Below the pieces are notes generated by a model. That model saw nothing but the letters and a program-made list of their open reading frames with translations. It did not search any database and was not told the origin of the DNA. The position numbers and the translations under genes are program-made. Below, piece by piece: positions 16,414-25,636 of a DNA stretch of 29,349 bases. Origin of the DNA: a virus (Duplodnaviria; Caudoviricetes); IMG/VR virus record IMGVR_UViG_3300010052_000182, positions 1 to 29,349 of that record; one strand, written 5' to 3'. Every line of letters starts with the position of its first letter. The stretch's first letter is position 1.

Positions 16414-17972
16414 TGGTTGGTGTACCCTTCAACCCCCAGCAGCCAAAGGGCTTGGTCAATGAGTCGCACGCCGCGGCCAACGCCGCCCAGGATCCGTTGC
16501 TCAGCCTATACCTGAAGAACACGTATGGCCTCGAGCCCGCGGGAGCAAAACCGGACTTCACCGAGAATGTGGCCCGGGCCGCGGGGCAGGGCTTGTCGTT
16601 TGGCTGGGGCGATGAACTGTTTTCGCTCGGCCAGGCGGGCCTAGATCAGTTGCTGCACGGCGACGACGGCAAGGATTTATGGCAACGGTACGACTCCAAT
16701 GTCGCTCGCGAGCGCCGCAACCTCGAAGCCTTTCGCCAGGAGAACCCGATCGTTGCCTATGGCGCCGAGATCCTGGGCTCACTCCCGACTGCACTCGTGA
16801 CCGGCGGCACCGGCACAGCCACCGGCCTGGGCCGGATCGGCACAAACCTCCTGGTCAACGGCGTTCAGGGCGCTTTTTACGGCGCGGGCGCGGCCAGCGG
16901 TGACACGCTTGCCGACCGTGGCTGGGGTGCGGCTACCGGTGCGGCTGGCGGCATGGCCGCAGGCGTCGCGCTCGATGCAGCTGGAAATGCTGTCAACGCC
17001 GGACTCAAAGCAGGCGCCAAATACCTTGCCGACTCAAAGACCATCGCCGCCGCACCAAGCGGTGCTGCCGTCAAGGCTACCGCGGAGGCAGCCCGTGAGG
17101 CAGCCGAGTCAGCGGACGTGGTCTTAACGCCCACCGCTACCAGTCTCCTCAAGCAGGACTTGGGCCAGACCCTGGTTGGTGAAGGGGTGACGGTCCGCGG
17201 CGAGATGGTCGCGAACTACGATCGAGTGCGTGGCTCTATGAGGTTGCTCGACCAGTTCGCGGACGAGCCGATGACAATCAAGTCGTTCCGGCGGCTCTAC
17301 GAGAGCTTCGAATACGCGGCTCGTAGCGAAATGCCGGGCGAAGCCGAGGTCGCCAAAAGTATGCTCAAGCAACTCGACAGCTTTATGGACGGCTTGCCGC
17401 AGGAGGCATTCAAGGGCACCGGCGACGGTGTTGAGGCTGCGGCGCAATGGCGCGCGGCGAAGGCACAACTTGCGAAATTCGAGCGCACAAACATTATTGA
17501 GACAGCAATCGAGAACGCGAGAACATTCGGTGACAATTTTCCAGAAGGCCTCAAAAATGAGTTCCGCGAAATCCTGAGAAGCGGGGAAAAGAAAGCCAAA
17601 CTGTCACCAGAAGACATTGCCGGTATTAAGCACTTCATTCAGGGCGATAACATCAACAAGGCCCTTAAGTTCCTGAGCGAGGCCGATTTACGCGGCGCCC
17701 TCGATGAGCTCCCCATCCCAAAAATCGTCGGCAGGATGGCGCAACCGTTCGTCAGAGGAGCTGCCCGAGGGCAGATCGGCCAAAACGCCCAGCGCTCTGC
17801 TGACATTGTGCGGGCCACCGCCGCACTTGGCGAAGCAATCCCTCCCGTACCTACGGGGACGCTCGACCTCCGCGCATTGGCTCCAGGGCTCGGCAACAAC
17901 GACGGGGTTCATATCATCGTCAACGGTGGGAATCCCCTGCTCCCGCCCTATGTCGACGATCGGTCGTATTGA
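16413..17972 (+). CDS. Putative large DNA ejection / internal virion protein (gp16 position)
   Basis: 519 aa; AAGQGLSFGWGDEL, F...NPI.AYGAEILG, Gly/Ala-rich hydrophobic middle and helical C-terminal half; AAGGT RBS. Confidence 0.7.
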   Translation: MVGVPFNPQQPKGLVNESHAAANAAQDPLLSLYLKNTYGLEPAGAKPDFTENVARAAGQGLSFGWGDELFSLGQAGLDQLLHGDDGKDLWQRYDSNVARERRNLEAFRQENPIVAYGAEILGSLPTALVTGGTGTATGLGRIGTNLLVNGVQGAFYGAGAASGDTLADRGWGAATGAAGGMAAGVALDAAGNAVNAGLKAGAKYLADSKTIAAAPSGAAVKATAEAAREAAESADVVLTPTATSLLKQDLGQTLVGEGVTVRGEMVANYDRVRGSMRLLDQFADEPMTIKSFRRLYESFEYAARSEMPGEAEVAKSMLKQLDSFMDGLPQEAFKGTGDGVEAAAQWRAAKAQLAKFERTNIIETAIENARTFGDNFPEGLKNEFREILRSGEKKAKLSPEDIAGIKHFIQGDNINKALKFLSEADLRGALDELPIPKIVGRMAQPFVRGAARGQIGQNAQRSADIVRATAALGEAIPPVPTGTLDLRALAPGLGNNDGVHIIVNGGNPLLPPYVDDRSY

Positions 17973-18115
17973 ACCCCGAGAGCTTCTCGGCGGGATGAGT
18001 CTTTTGCTACGACAGTTCGTGCTGAGCTGTCGCTCTGCAGCAAGGAAAACGAGCGTCAATTCGCTCGACGCCTCCGATGCCCCTTCGACAACATCGCTTC
18101 ATCTCGAACCAAGCA

Positions 18116-18511
18116 TCAGATCACCGCGAAGAAGCGGACGAGGCACCAAATGAACACGACCATCGATACCAAGGCTGGGACCAGGTTCCACGCGGCTCTG
18201 TGAAACTCTTTCGAGTTGCGCCTCTCTCGCGCCTCAACCTCGTCAATGGCTCTTTCCTTCCCTTTGGGATCGAGAAGCCTTCGCATTTCCATCCGAGCTT
18301 CGGCGACCTCCTGCTTCAGCTCGCGAATCTCTGCGTTGTTTCCACTCCCCGTCGAATTGATCATCGCATAAAGCATTCCGGCGAGCGTAACGATCAGCAC
18401 CTCGGTACGGTCGGTTACCCGCTCGAGCACGTACCAGACGACGCCGAGCGGTATCAAATTGATCCCGACGATCAAAAGGGACCAGACACCCAGAAACAGC
18501 GTGCGCAACAT
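18116..18511 (-). CDS. Membrane protein (about 3 TM plus coiled coil), convergent with the ejection gene
   Basis: Start taken at ATG 18511 (MLRTLFLG) after GGAGAGAGAAGG; alternative start 18628. Two N-terminal hydrophobic segments, charged helix, C-terminal TM. Confidence 0.65.
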   Translation of the reverse strand: MLRTLFLGVWSLLIVGINLIPLGVVWYVLERVTDRTEVLIVTLAGMLYAMINSTGSGNNAEIRELKQEVAEARMEMRRLLDPKGKERAIDEVEARERRNSKEFHRAAWNLVPALVSMVVFIWCLVRFFAVI

Positions 18512-18599
18512 ACGGCCTTCTCTCTCCAACGTCGGGCGAACATAGTGGCGAAGGTCCTTGCTGGGAAGGCGGGCGGCGCCGCGCGCCAGCCACACGAAC

Positions 18600-18932
18600 T
18601 CACTTCGGAAGTCGAGCGTGCGGTACATCCTCAGTCGTTCCCGCCTTGGATCGGCCTATCTTTGCCGGACCCCGATCCTTCGCTTCAGTTGCACGCTTGA
18701 TCCGCGTTCCGTCCAGGGCTTCGTGCAAGACGATCAGGGCGATGCCAGGAGCCAGCACCAACCCCCAGGCAACCCACTGCGGAACAGGTGGGAAGAATGA
18801 TAGCACCCCTGCCGCCAGGAACGGGGCCAGGATGCCGGGCGGAACAGCGAGCGTCGCCAGCCACCCCATGTCTCGCAGACTATAGGTGCCATTGCGACGA
18901 TACTGATGCGGTTCAAGATCCAGATCAGGCAT
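18600..18932 (-). CDS. Small 2-TM membrane protein with N-terminal DLEPxxYR motif
   Basis: MPDLDLEPHQYR; hydrophobic WLATLAVPPGILAPFLAAGVLSFF and WVAWGLVLAPGIALIVL. Confidence 0.6.
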   Translation of the reverse strand: MPDLDLEPHQYRRNGTYSLRDMGWLATLAVPPGILAPFLAAGVLSFFPPVPQWVAWGLVLAPGIALIVLHEALDGTRIKRATEAKDRGPAKIGRSKAGTTEDVPHARLPK

Positions 18933-19000
18933 CAGAACCCGAAAGAGCTAACCAGTCACTGGACGGCTATGGCGAAGCTGCGGAGCGCGAGCGAATTCCA

Positions 19001-19641
19001 TCATCTTACGTTGCGGAGCCACATTAGGAAGCAGACGCTCAAGCCGAAGCCAACCAGAGTGGCAGCGAGTATTCGACCCTCTGGTGAGAAAACCTCCTGG
19101 TACAAGTAGAGCATCACCCCGAGGGTGAGCACTACAAGCCCCCCAGGAAGCTAAAGAGCGGCCGGACCTGGACGTTCAGCAACGGCCGCCTCATGGTCCA
19201 TCGTACTACGACCACGCCGCCTACTAAGAGGCCAGGCATTACTGAGAACTGCGCGAGCCTGTCTTGGTCCTCAAAATGACCCCGGTAGACAAAGGTCGCG
19301 ATCAGCCCCAGCACCGCAGCAACGGCGAAGGCGTACCAAATGTGTGGCCCCTTGAATTGGTACGTCTCGTCCACTACCGGGTCAGAAGACTCGTAGCGAT
19401 CAGGCGTCGCGTCAACGTCATCGCCGCGTGCCACGGGACGAGGCTTCCAGAGTTTTCCTGCGATCCAGACGATCGCGCCGGGGACTACGCTAAGTAGCAG
19501 CACCAGCAGCGGGTTCAGCTCCGGCCTGACCTGGGAACCGGCTACCAATGCAAACATCCCGATCACGACCGCGATCACATACGCGCTTTCCCAGAACAAG
19601 GTCTCGCCGCGCGTCAGCACGGCACGCTTTCGCTCAGACAT
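19001..19641 (-). pseudogene. Multi-TM membrane protein gene with a frameshift in a G6 run
   Basis: ORF from MSERKRAV (19641) stops at 19132 right after G6 (+ strand C6, 19139-19144). The adjacent frame continues LVVLTLGVMLYLYQEVFSPEGRILAATLVGFGLSVCFLMWLRNVR* to 19001. Confidence 0.65.
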
Positions 19642-19833
19642 TGGAGCTTGTCCTGGCTGGTGCATCGCCGACGCCGCAGCACGCGCCATAGCAACCGCCA
19701 ACGGCGTCGTTCTGAGAAATACCAGCCCTCATCTATCCCCCAAGCAATCGAACACAGCATAGTCACGGCGATCGGCCCCGCAAGCTGTTTGCGTGTTGCC
19801 GACAGCCCATCCCCTCCCCACGGAGACTTCCCC

Positions 19834-20835
19834 ATGGCAGCCATCTGGCCTGGCTCGCGCGTGCCCAATTTCGGCATTGGCGACCAACTCTATTTCTACG
19901 ATACCGCCACCTCGACGCCGCAGGTGGTCTATGCCGATGGCGCGCTGAGCGTGGCGCATGATCAGCCGATCCTCGCCGATGCGCGCGGCATGTTCCCGGT
20001 GATCTACCTGAGCCCGGCGCCGGGCAGCTATCGCCAGAAGCTCACCGACGCCAATGGCGTCCTGATCTTCGACGATGACGATATCGACGTGCCGCAATCG
20101 GCCGATTACGAGCCGCCCGACCCCGGCGTCACCGACCCGACGCTGCTCGTCACCACCGGCATGCGCATCGGCTATTATGGCACCGCGGCGCCCACCGGCT
20201 GGGTACGCTGCAACGGCCGCAGCCTCGGCTCGGCCAGCTCGGGCGCCACCGAGCGCGCCAATGCCGATGCCCAGGCGCTGTTCCTCCACCTGTGGACCGC
20301 CGACGCCACGCTCGCCGTCAGCGGCGGACGTGGGGCATCCGCCGCCGGCGACTGGGCTGCCAACAAGACCATCGCGCTGCCCGACTATCGCGACCGCATC
20401 GCCATCGGGCTTGGCGCCATGGGCAATGCCGATATCAACCTGATCCCCGATGCGACGGTGGATGGTGGGGAAACCAACACCACTCTGGGCGCCACGGTTG
20501 GCACCGCGGCGCAGACGCTGACGGCAGCGCAGATCCCGGCCCATCAGCACAACGCCGGCACGCTGCTGATGCCCAACCACGGCCACCCCGCCAAGATATC
20601 TGCCAGAAACGACAGCGGACCGGTTCAGACCACATACGGTGGCATGGGGCTCATCGGGCTTGGTACCGCCAGCTACCCGGCCTACACCGGCGCGATCGGC
20701 GACACGGCGGGCCAGCAGATCGGCGGTTCCGGCACCGCGGCGATCACCGGCGCTACTGCCGACAGCACGGGCGGCGGCGCCTCGCACCCCAACGTCCAGC
20801 CCTCGCTGTTCGAACTCGTCATCATCAAACTCTGA
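19834..20835 (+). CDS. Tail fibre protein with N-terminal head-binding-like region and tail collar domain
   Basis: GGAG RBS, ATG 19834; LYFYD..T.TP..VY.D...PI.AD.RG....IYL N-terminus; collar motif APTGWVRCNG...LPDYR; LT.AQIPAH.H and GGG.SH.NVQP end. Confidence 0.8.
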   Translation: MAAIWPGSRVPNFGIGDQLYFYDTATSTPQVVYADGALSVAHDQPILADARGMFPVIYLSPAPGSYRQKLTDANGVLIFDDDDIDVPQSADYEPPDPGVTDPTLLVTTGMRIGYYGTAAPTGWVRCNGRSLGSASSGATERANADAQALFLHLWTADATLAVSGGRGASAAGDWAANKTIALPDYRDRIAIGLGAMGNADINLIPDATVDGGETNTTLGATVGTAAQTLTAAQIPAHQHNAGTLLMPNHGHPAKISARNDSGPVQTTYGGMGLIGLGTASYPAYTGAIGDTAGQQIGGSGTAAITGATADSTGGGASHPNVQPSLFELVIIKL

Positions 20836-20843
20836 GGCCCGGC

Positions 20844-21182
20844 ATGTACGAGTTGCAGTTCTTTGCCACCGACGATGCCGATTGGGCGCAGCGGGTGGAT
20901 TTGATCGACGACGCCACCAACCTGCCACTCGCCACGGCGGGCGTGCTGTTCGAGCTCGAGGTGAGCGAGAGCGGCGCCCGCCGGCTGTTCGCCACCACCG
21001 CCGACAACAGCATCGAGATCCCCCAGCCGGGCACCATCCAGTGGCGCTTCAGCGTGCCGCAACTGGCCGCGCTCGATATCCGCAACACGTATCGGGTGGG
21101 CTGCCGGATGACCAATGGCACCGGCACGACACAGCTCTTCACCGGCACGCTGGCCTTCGTCGGGGGCGGGTTCGGCTCATGA
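20844..21182 (+). CDS. Small tail-associated protein (fibre adaptor-like)
   Basis: MYELQFFATDDADW..., 112 aa, beta-rich; ATGA-coupled to the next gene. The ORF-track start at 20292 overlaps the previous gene. Confidence 0.65.
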   Translation: MYELQFFATDDADWAQRVDLIDDATNLPLATAGVLFELEVSESGARRLFATTADNSIEIPQPGTIQWRFSVPQLAALDIRNTYRVGCRMTNGTGTTQLFTGTLAFVGGGFGS

Positions 21183-22636
21183 GTGACACCATCACCCCAC
21201 GGCTCAGGATCAAGGCGCAGCCCGAATTCGCGGTGCGCGCCAAGGCCGTCCCGCCGCCAAAAGTGCGGCTGCGCGTCACCCCGGCGCTGCTACCGATGGA
21301 GATCGAGCTCAGAAACACCGGCATGATGGTGCAGTGGCGCTATCTGGGGCAGGACTGGCAGGACCTGATCGCCATCGACGACCTCGACACCACTGTCACG
21401 GTCGGCAGCGTCACCACCCTGCCACCAGGCTCGCCCGCCACGGTCGCCAATGTCGGCACCGTCAAGGATATGGTGCTCAACTTCGGCATCCCCCAGGGTA
21501 TTCAGGGCATCCAGGGCGAGGCGGCCACCATTGCCGTCGGCACGGTGACGACGGTCAACCCCGCCGACCCGGCTGAGGTGACCAATGTCGGCTCGCCCAA
21601 CGACGCCATTTTCGATTTCGACATCCCACAGGGCGCGGCCGCCACCGTCGCGGTGGGCACCGTTACCACGCTGGCGCCGGGGGCTTCGGCCAGCGTCGTC
21701 AATGTCGGGACGCCTGGCGCCGCGGTGCTCAATTTCGGCCTGCCGCGCGGCGCGCCGGGCATCCTCACCTCGGTGGTCGCCGGCACCAACATCACCGTCG
21801 ACAATACCGACCCGGCCAACCCGGTGGTCGCTGCGGCCGGCAATATCAGCGGGCCGGCGAGCGCGGTCGATAGCCGCGTGGCGCTGTTCGACGGCACCAC
21901 CGGTAAGCTGCTCAAGGACAGCGGCGTGCTGCTCGGCAACGCGGCATCGCGCAATGTCGGCACTGCGGCGGGCACCGTGGCGGCGGGGGATGATGCCCGC
22001 ATCACCGCCGCCATCCCGTCGAGCGCGCTGACCACGCAGGGCGACATTCTCGTGCGCAATGCCAGCGCTCCGACCCGGCTCGCAAAGGGCACGCAATACC
22101 AGGTGCTGCAGGCCGGGGCGACCGACCCGCTCTATGGCGCGCTGAACCTCGCCCAGGCGGCGGCGGTCACCGGCGTCTTGCCAGCGGCGAACCACCCTGA
22201 TGCGACGACGGTCGCGAAGGGCATCTCGGAATTTGCCACGGCCGCGGAGTATCGTACCGGCACCGATACCGTGCGCGCACTGGTCGTCGACCAGGTCTGG
22301 GCGGCGGCGGGCCTCGCCGGGCTCACGGACGGCGCCAACATCGCCGTGGATTTCGCCGCCGGCTTCAACTTCGGCGGCGCCGCCAACGCCGTGCTGGGGC
22401 TCAACGGCAACCAGAGCCTTTCGGCTCCGACCAACCTCAAGACCGGCCAGACCGGCATCCTCTGGTTCGGCGCCGTCACTTCCACCCGCATCCTGACGCT
22501 CAACGCCGCCTGGCTGCTCTGCGATGGCGTCGAGGCCGGCCCCTACTCCATCACCACGGCGCAGGAGCTGGGCATCGCCTACGTCATCCGGGCCAGCCGC
22601 ACCTACGTCACAGCAATCATAAGGAGAGCCGCATGA
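21179..22636 (+). CDS. Tail fibre protein with internal repeats
   Basis: Start ATG 21179 (MSDTITPRL); QWRY motif, GIQGIQG collagen-like triplets, FDGTTGKLLKDSG, NVGTAAGTVAAGDD.R, ATT..KGI.EFAT fibre motifs. Confidence 0.8.
   Translation: MSDTITPRLRIKAQPEFAVRAKAVPPPKVRLRVTPALLPMEIELRNTGMMVQWRYLGQDWQDLIAIDDLDTTVTVGSVTTLPPGSPATVANVGTVKDMVLNFGIPQGIQGIQGEAATIAVGTVTTVNPADPAEVTNVGSPNDAIFDFDIPQGAAATVAVGTVTTLAPGASASVVNVGTPGAAVLNFGLPRGAPGILTSVVAGTNITVDNTDPANPVVAAAGNISGPASAVDSRVALFDGTTGKLLKDSGVLLGNAASRNVGTAAGTVAAGDDARITAAIPSSALTTQGDILVRNASAPTRLAKGTQYQVLQAGATDPLYGALNLAQAAAVTGVLPAANHPDATTVAKGISEFATAAEYRTGTDTVRALVVDQVWAAAGLAGLTDGANIAVDFAAGFNFGGAANAVLGLNGNQSLSAPTNLKTGQTGILWFGAVTSTRILTLNAAWLLCDGVEAGPYSITTAQELGIAYVIRASRTYVTAIIRRAA
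21392..21751 (+). repeat. Three ~36-aa coding repeats TxxVGxVTT...NVG...FxIPxG
   Basis: TVTVGSVTTLPPGSPATVANVGTVKDMVLNFGIPQG / TIAVGTVTTVNPADPAEVTNVGSPNDAIFDFDIPQG / TVAVGTVTTLAPGASASVVNVGTPGAAVLNFGLPRG. Confidence 0.85.
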
Positions 22637-23064
22637 CCCTCGTTCACCAGGTCGACGGCGCCTGGACGCCGATCCACGGCGTGCAAACCCTCGAGCGCAT
22701 GGTGGCGACCTGCACCGTCACCTATCACGATGGCCGCCAGGCGGAGATGTCGTGCGAGCCCTACCCGGTCGCCGAAACGCTCGACCTGGGCAAGGTCGAG
22801 CAGCTGGTGGCAGAAGGGCTGTGGGGCGTGGAGGAACTGCAGGCTTACGGGCTGCGGCCCGCCATGGCAGTGGACGTGCCGGAGGGCAAGCAGCGCGTCG
22901 GGGAGCCACGATACGTCGAGCGCAAGAACGAGGTTGTCGAAGAGTGGACACTGGAGCAGATCCCCGCACCGGCGGCCGATCCGACACCGGCCGAGAAGCT
23001 GGCGGCGTTGGGGCTCACCGTTGAGGATCTGAGGGCCTTGTTCTCCGTGGCGGGTAGTGACTAG
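22633..23064 (+). CDS. Tail-fibre-associated protein (assembly/chaperone-like)
   Basis: ATGA-coupled, AGGAG RBS; C-terminal TPAEKLAALGLTVEDLRAL motif. Confidence 0.6.
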   Translation: MTLVHQVDGAWTPIHGVQTLERMVATCTVTYHDGRQAEMSCEPYPVAETLDLGKVEQLVAEGLWGVEELQAYGLRPAMAVDVPEGKQRVGEPRYVERKNEVVEEWTLEQIPAPAADPTPAEKLAALGLTVEDLRALFSVAGSD

Positions 23065-23775
23065 ATGTTGCCAGGCACGATCTCAGTAACAGGGGGACGT
23101 ATTCGCGACCCCTACTTCGCCAACGTTGCCCTTTTGCTGCACGGGAACGGCGCGAACGGCGCCGGCATCGTCGATAGTTCGAGCAATGCGTTCAGTATCG
23201 TGGCTGGTGGAGACGCGGCATGCCGCACAGCGGTTTCGAAGTTTGGTGGTGCCTCAATCGGACTTGATGGTACTGGCGACTGGCTCGTCGCCGACTCCAC
23301 GTTCGCCGCCCCAGGCAGTGGGGACATGACAATCGAGGCGTGGGTCTACCCGACGAACGGCGCGAAGCAACAATGCGTGATGGACTTCCGCCTTCAAAAT
23401 GGCGACTACGAGCCACGCATAGACTTCGACAATACCTTTGATGGCGGCAACAACGACGGTTTTGTGTTCTTTGTGGGAAACGCCGCGAGGGCCGCCACCA
23501 CCACCTTGGCGCTTAACACCTGGTACCATCTTGCGGTCTCGCGCAACGGCGGCGTTTGGCGCTTCTTCCTCAATGGCGCTCAGGTTGGGTCCGACTTCAG
23601 TCTGACGACCAACATGACCCGGAGAAAGTTGAGCCTCGGTACCTATTGGGACGCCCGCGGGACCAACGCGAGTTACAAGTTCCAAGGTTATGTCGATGAC
23701 TTTCGTCTAACGATTGGTGTGGGTCGCTACGCGGCGAACTTCACTCCGCCGGCTTCGCAGTATCCTGATGGGTAG
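23065..23775 (+). CDS. LamG / concanavalin A-like lectin-domain tail protein
   Basis: DPYFANV.LLLHG.G, SKFGGAS...DG.GD, DMTIEAWVYP, NTWYHLAVSR, FQGYVDDFR.T.G.GRY..NFTPP. Confidence 0.8.
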   Translation: MLPGTISVTGGRIRDPYFANVALLLHGNGANGAGIVDSSSNAFSIVAGGDAACRTAVSKFGGASIGLDGTGDWLVADSTFAAPGSGDMTIEAWVYPTNGAKQQCVMDFRLQNGDYEPRIDFDNTFDGGNNDGFVFFVGNAARAATTTLALNTWYHLAVSRNGGVWRFFLNGAQVGSDFSLTTNMTRRKLSLGTYWDARGTNASYKFQGYVDDFRLTIGVGRYAANFTPPASQYPDG

Positions 23776-24556
23776 GCCGAGCTAGCAGGGCCGCACCCTC
23801 CTGAAGAATGCGTCCCATCGGCGATGAGGGGGGAGGACTGCCCAAGTGCAGTTTCCGATGCATCTCGTTGTACAAGTGAACAACCAGCGTCTGGGGTTGG
23901 ATCAGATCCTGCAGACGCAGGGCTGGATCCCACAGCGCCCGCACGTCCGACCAATCGACCGGATAGAAGACGGCCCGTGCGCTCGCCATGTTCTCAACGT
24001 CGTGCTTGCGTGCGTAGTACTGCATGGCGCGCGGCCCCGCGGTGCCCCATTTCATGTTCTGCAGCTTTTTCGGTCTGCCCAACCAGCCCCGCAGACGGCG
24101 GTCGGCGCGCCTCCACCATGGCAACCACGGGGGGACAAAGCCGTGGTCGATTGACAGCAACTCCGCCAACAGGGGGCTGTCGGGAGCGAGCTTCAGGACG
24201 GCGGTGTTCAAGCCGCTGCTTTCCTTGCCATAGATGCTGGGAGCATCAGCGATCGGCCGAATGCAGTAGCAGTCCGTGTCGACCCAAATGCCTAGCCCAC
24301 GAGCGAGCATTGCGTACCGGAATAGATCGGACGCGCAAGCATAGGCCCCAGCCTCGAGGATCTCAGCCACCCGTCCCCATGGCAGCACGTCATGGGCATC
24401 CCCTGGCTCGATCCCAGGTGGAAGGTTCAGCGGAGCATATGAATACAAGACCACACGGTGGCCTTGTCGCACAAAGGAGACAAGACACGCTGCAGCACTC
24501 GGGCCCAATGCCGATCCGTGCCAGAACGACGCAATAGTCGGCAGTGCGTTTGGCAT
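23741..24556 (-). CDS. DXD glycosyltransferase (GT32-like, alpha-1,4/Lgt5-type)
   Basis: ASFWHG.L, SF..QGH.V.LYSY, SDLFRY, GIWVDTD, WGTAGP, VFYP, VHLYNE. Start taken at ATG 24556. Confidence 0.75.
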   Translation of the reverse strand: MPNALPTIASFWHGSALGPSAAACLVSFVRQGHRVVLYSYAPLNLPPGIEPGDAHDVLPWGRVAEILEAGAYACASDLFRYAMLARGLGIWVDTDCYCIRPIADAPSIYGKESSGLNTAVLKLAPDSPLLAELLSIDHGFVPPWLPWWRRADRRLRGWLGRPKKLQNMKWGTAGPRAMQYYARKHDVENMASARAVFYPVDWSDVRALWDPALRLQDLIQPQTLVVHLYNEMHRKLHLGSPPPSSPMGRILQEGAALLARPTHQDTAKPAE

Positions 24557-24830
24557 CGCGGTTCCTTGGGGCGCCCCATCGTCGCGGTCACGCGCTTCGT
24601 AGCGCAACACCCTGTCCTCGTGAAGACCGTACAACCCGCCTAAGAACTACCGTCTGACTGCCACGTAGTTGGTAATCCCAAACAGGGCCTCATCGTTGTC
24701 CCTGTACTTCTTGAAACTCGAGGGGTACTTGGCCCGCAAATAGGGGCTCACCGGCTCGCTGCCCGGCGGCCCGCCATACAAAACCGCAGCCCCGCTCGTC
24801 TGAGAGCCGCCGGTCACAAAGGGGAGCCGT

Positions 24831-25541
24831 GTGTCAAAATCCAGAAGCTTGCGCGTCGTCACGGGGGCCAGTGCAAATCACGGCAAGTCGCTTCTGCAAC
24901 TGCTGAGGTCGCTAAAGCGCTGGGAGAGAAACACTGCCGTTGCGGTTTACGACCTCGGGCTCGAAGATCATCACGTCGAAGCCGTGAGGCAGCTAGGTTT
25001 CGAACCGATCGTGTTTCCCTTCTCAGACTACCCGCCGCATTTCGACATCAGCGTCAATGCCGGCGCGTATGCTTGGAAGGTGGCAATCATAAAGCTGGAG
25101 ATGGACAAGGGGGGGGCGCCGCTACTTTGGCTGGACGCCGGGAACCTCGTACGATTTCCGCTGCTGTGGGTTCGTTACGGCCTTCGCCGGGACGGTTTCT
25201 TTTGCCCAAAGACATGGTTCACCGTGACGAGGTACACCCATCCCGGTATGTATGAAGCGCTGGGCATCCCAGTCGGGTGGGCCGGTGAGCGGAAGCAACT
25301 GAACGCTGCGATTGTCGGCGTGAACCACACATTCCCATCGACGCGGGCGCTCGTGGATGAATGGCTCGCTGGAGCGATGGAAGAGTCGATCATTGCGCCC
25401 CCAGGGTCTAGCCGCGACAATCATCGGTGGGACCAGTCGCTGCTCACCCTTCTCGCCTATCGTGCAGGCATCCTTGAGAAGCCCAGCCGCACTGAACCCG
25501 GCATTCTGACCCACCAGGATATCCCCGAAGGTTCAGCCTAG
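24831..25541 (+). CDS. DUF1647-like GT-A fold putative glycosyltransferase
   Basis: VVTGASANH, AVYDLGL, FPFSDYP.H, YAWK..II, LWLDAG, NHRWDQSLL; GTG start with AAGGGGAG RBS. Confidence 0.65.
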   Translation: MSKSRSLRVVTGASANHGKSLLQLLRSLKRWERNTAVAVYDLGLEDHHVEAVRQLGFEPIVFPFSDYPPHFDISVNAGAYAWKVAIIKLEMDKGGAPLLWLDAGNLVRFPLLWVRYGLRRDGFFCPKTWFTVTRYTHPGMYEALGIPVGWAGERKQLNAAIVGVNHTFPSTRALVDEWLAGAMEESIIAPPGSSRDNHRWDQSLLTLLAYRAGILEKPSRTEPGILTHQDIPEGSA

Positions 25542-25636
25542 AACCTCTAGCGGTCGTTTGACTCGATTCTATCGCCAGCCACGAGACCTGCCGACAGGGC
25601 CAGGCGGCCCGTGAAACCGTTCCGCAACACCGCCAA

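Noticed and set aside
25596-25610. gggcc-aggc-ggccc hairpin as a terminator between convergent GT genes
   Set aside because: Short stem with no convincing U-tract on either strand.
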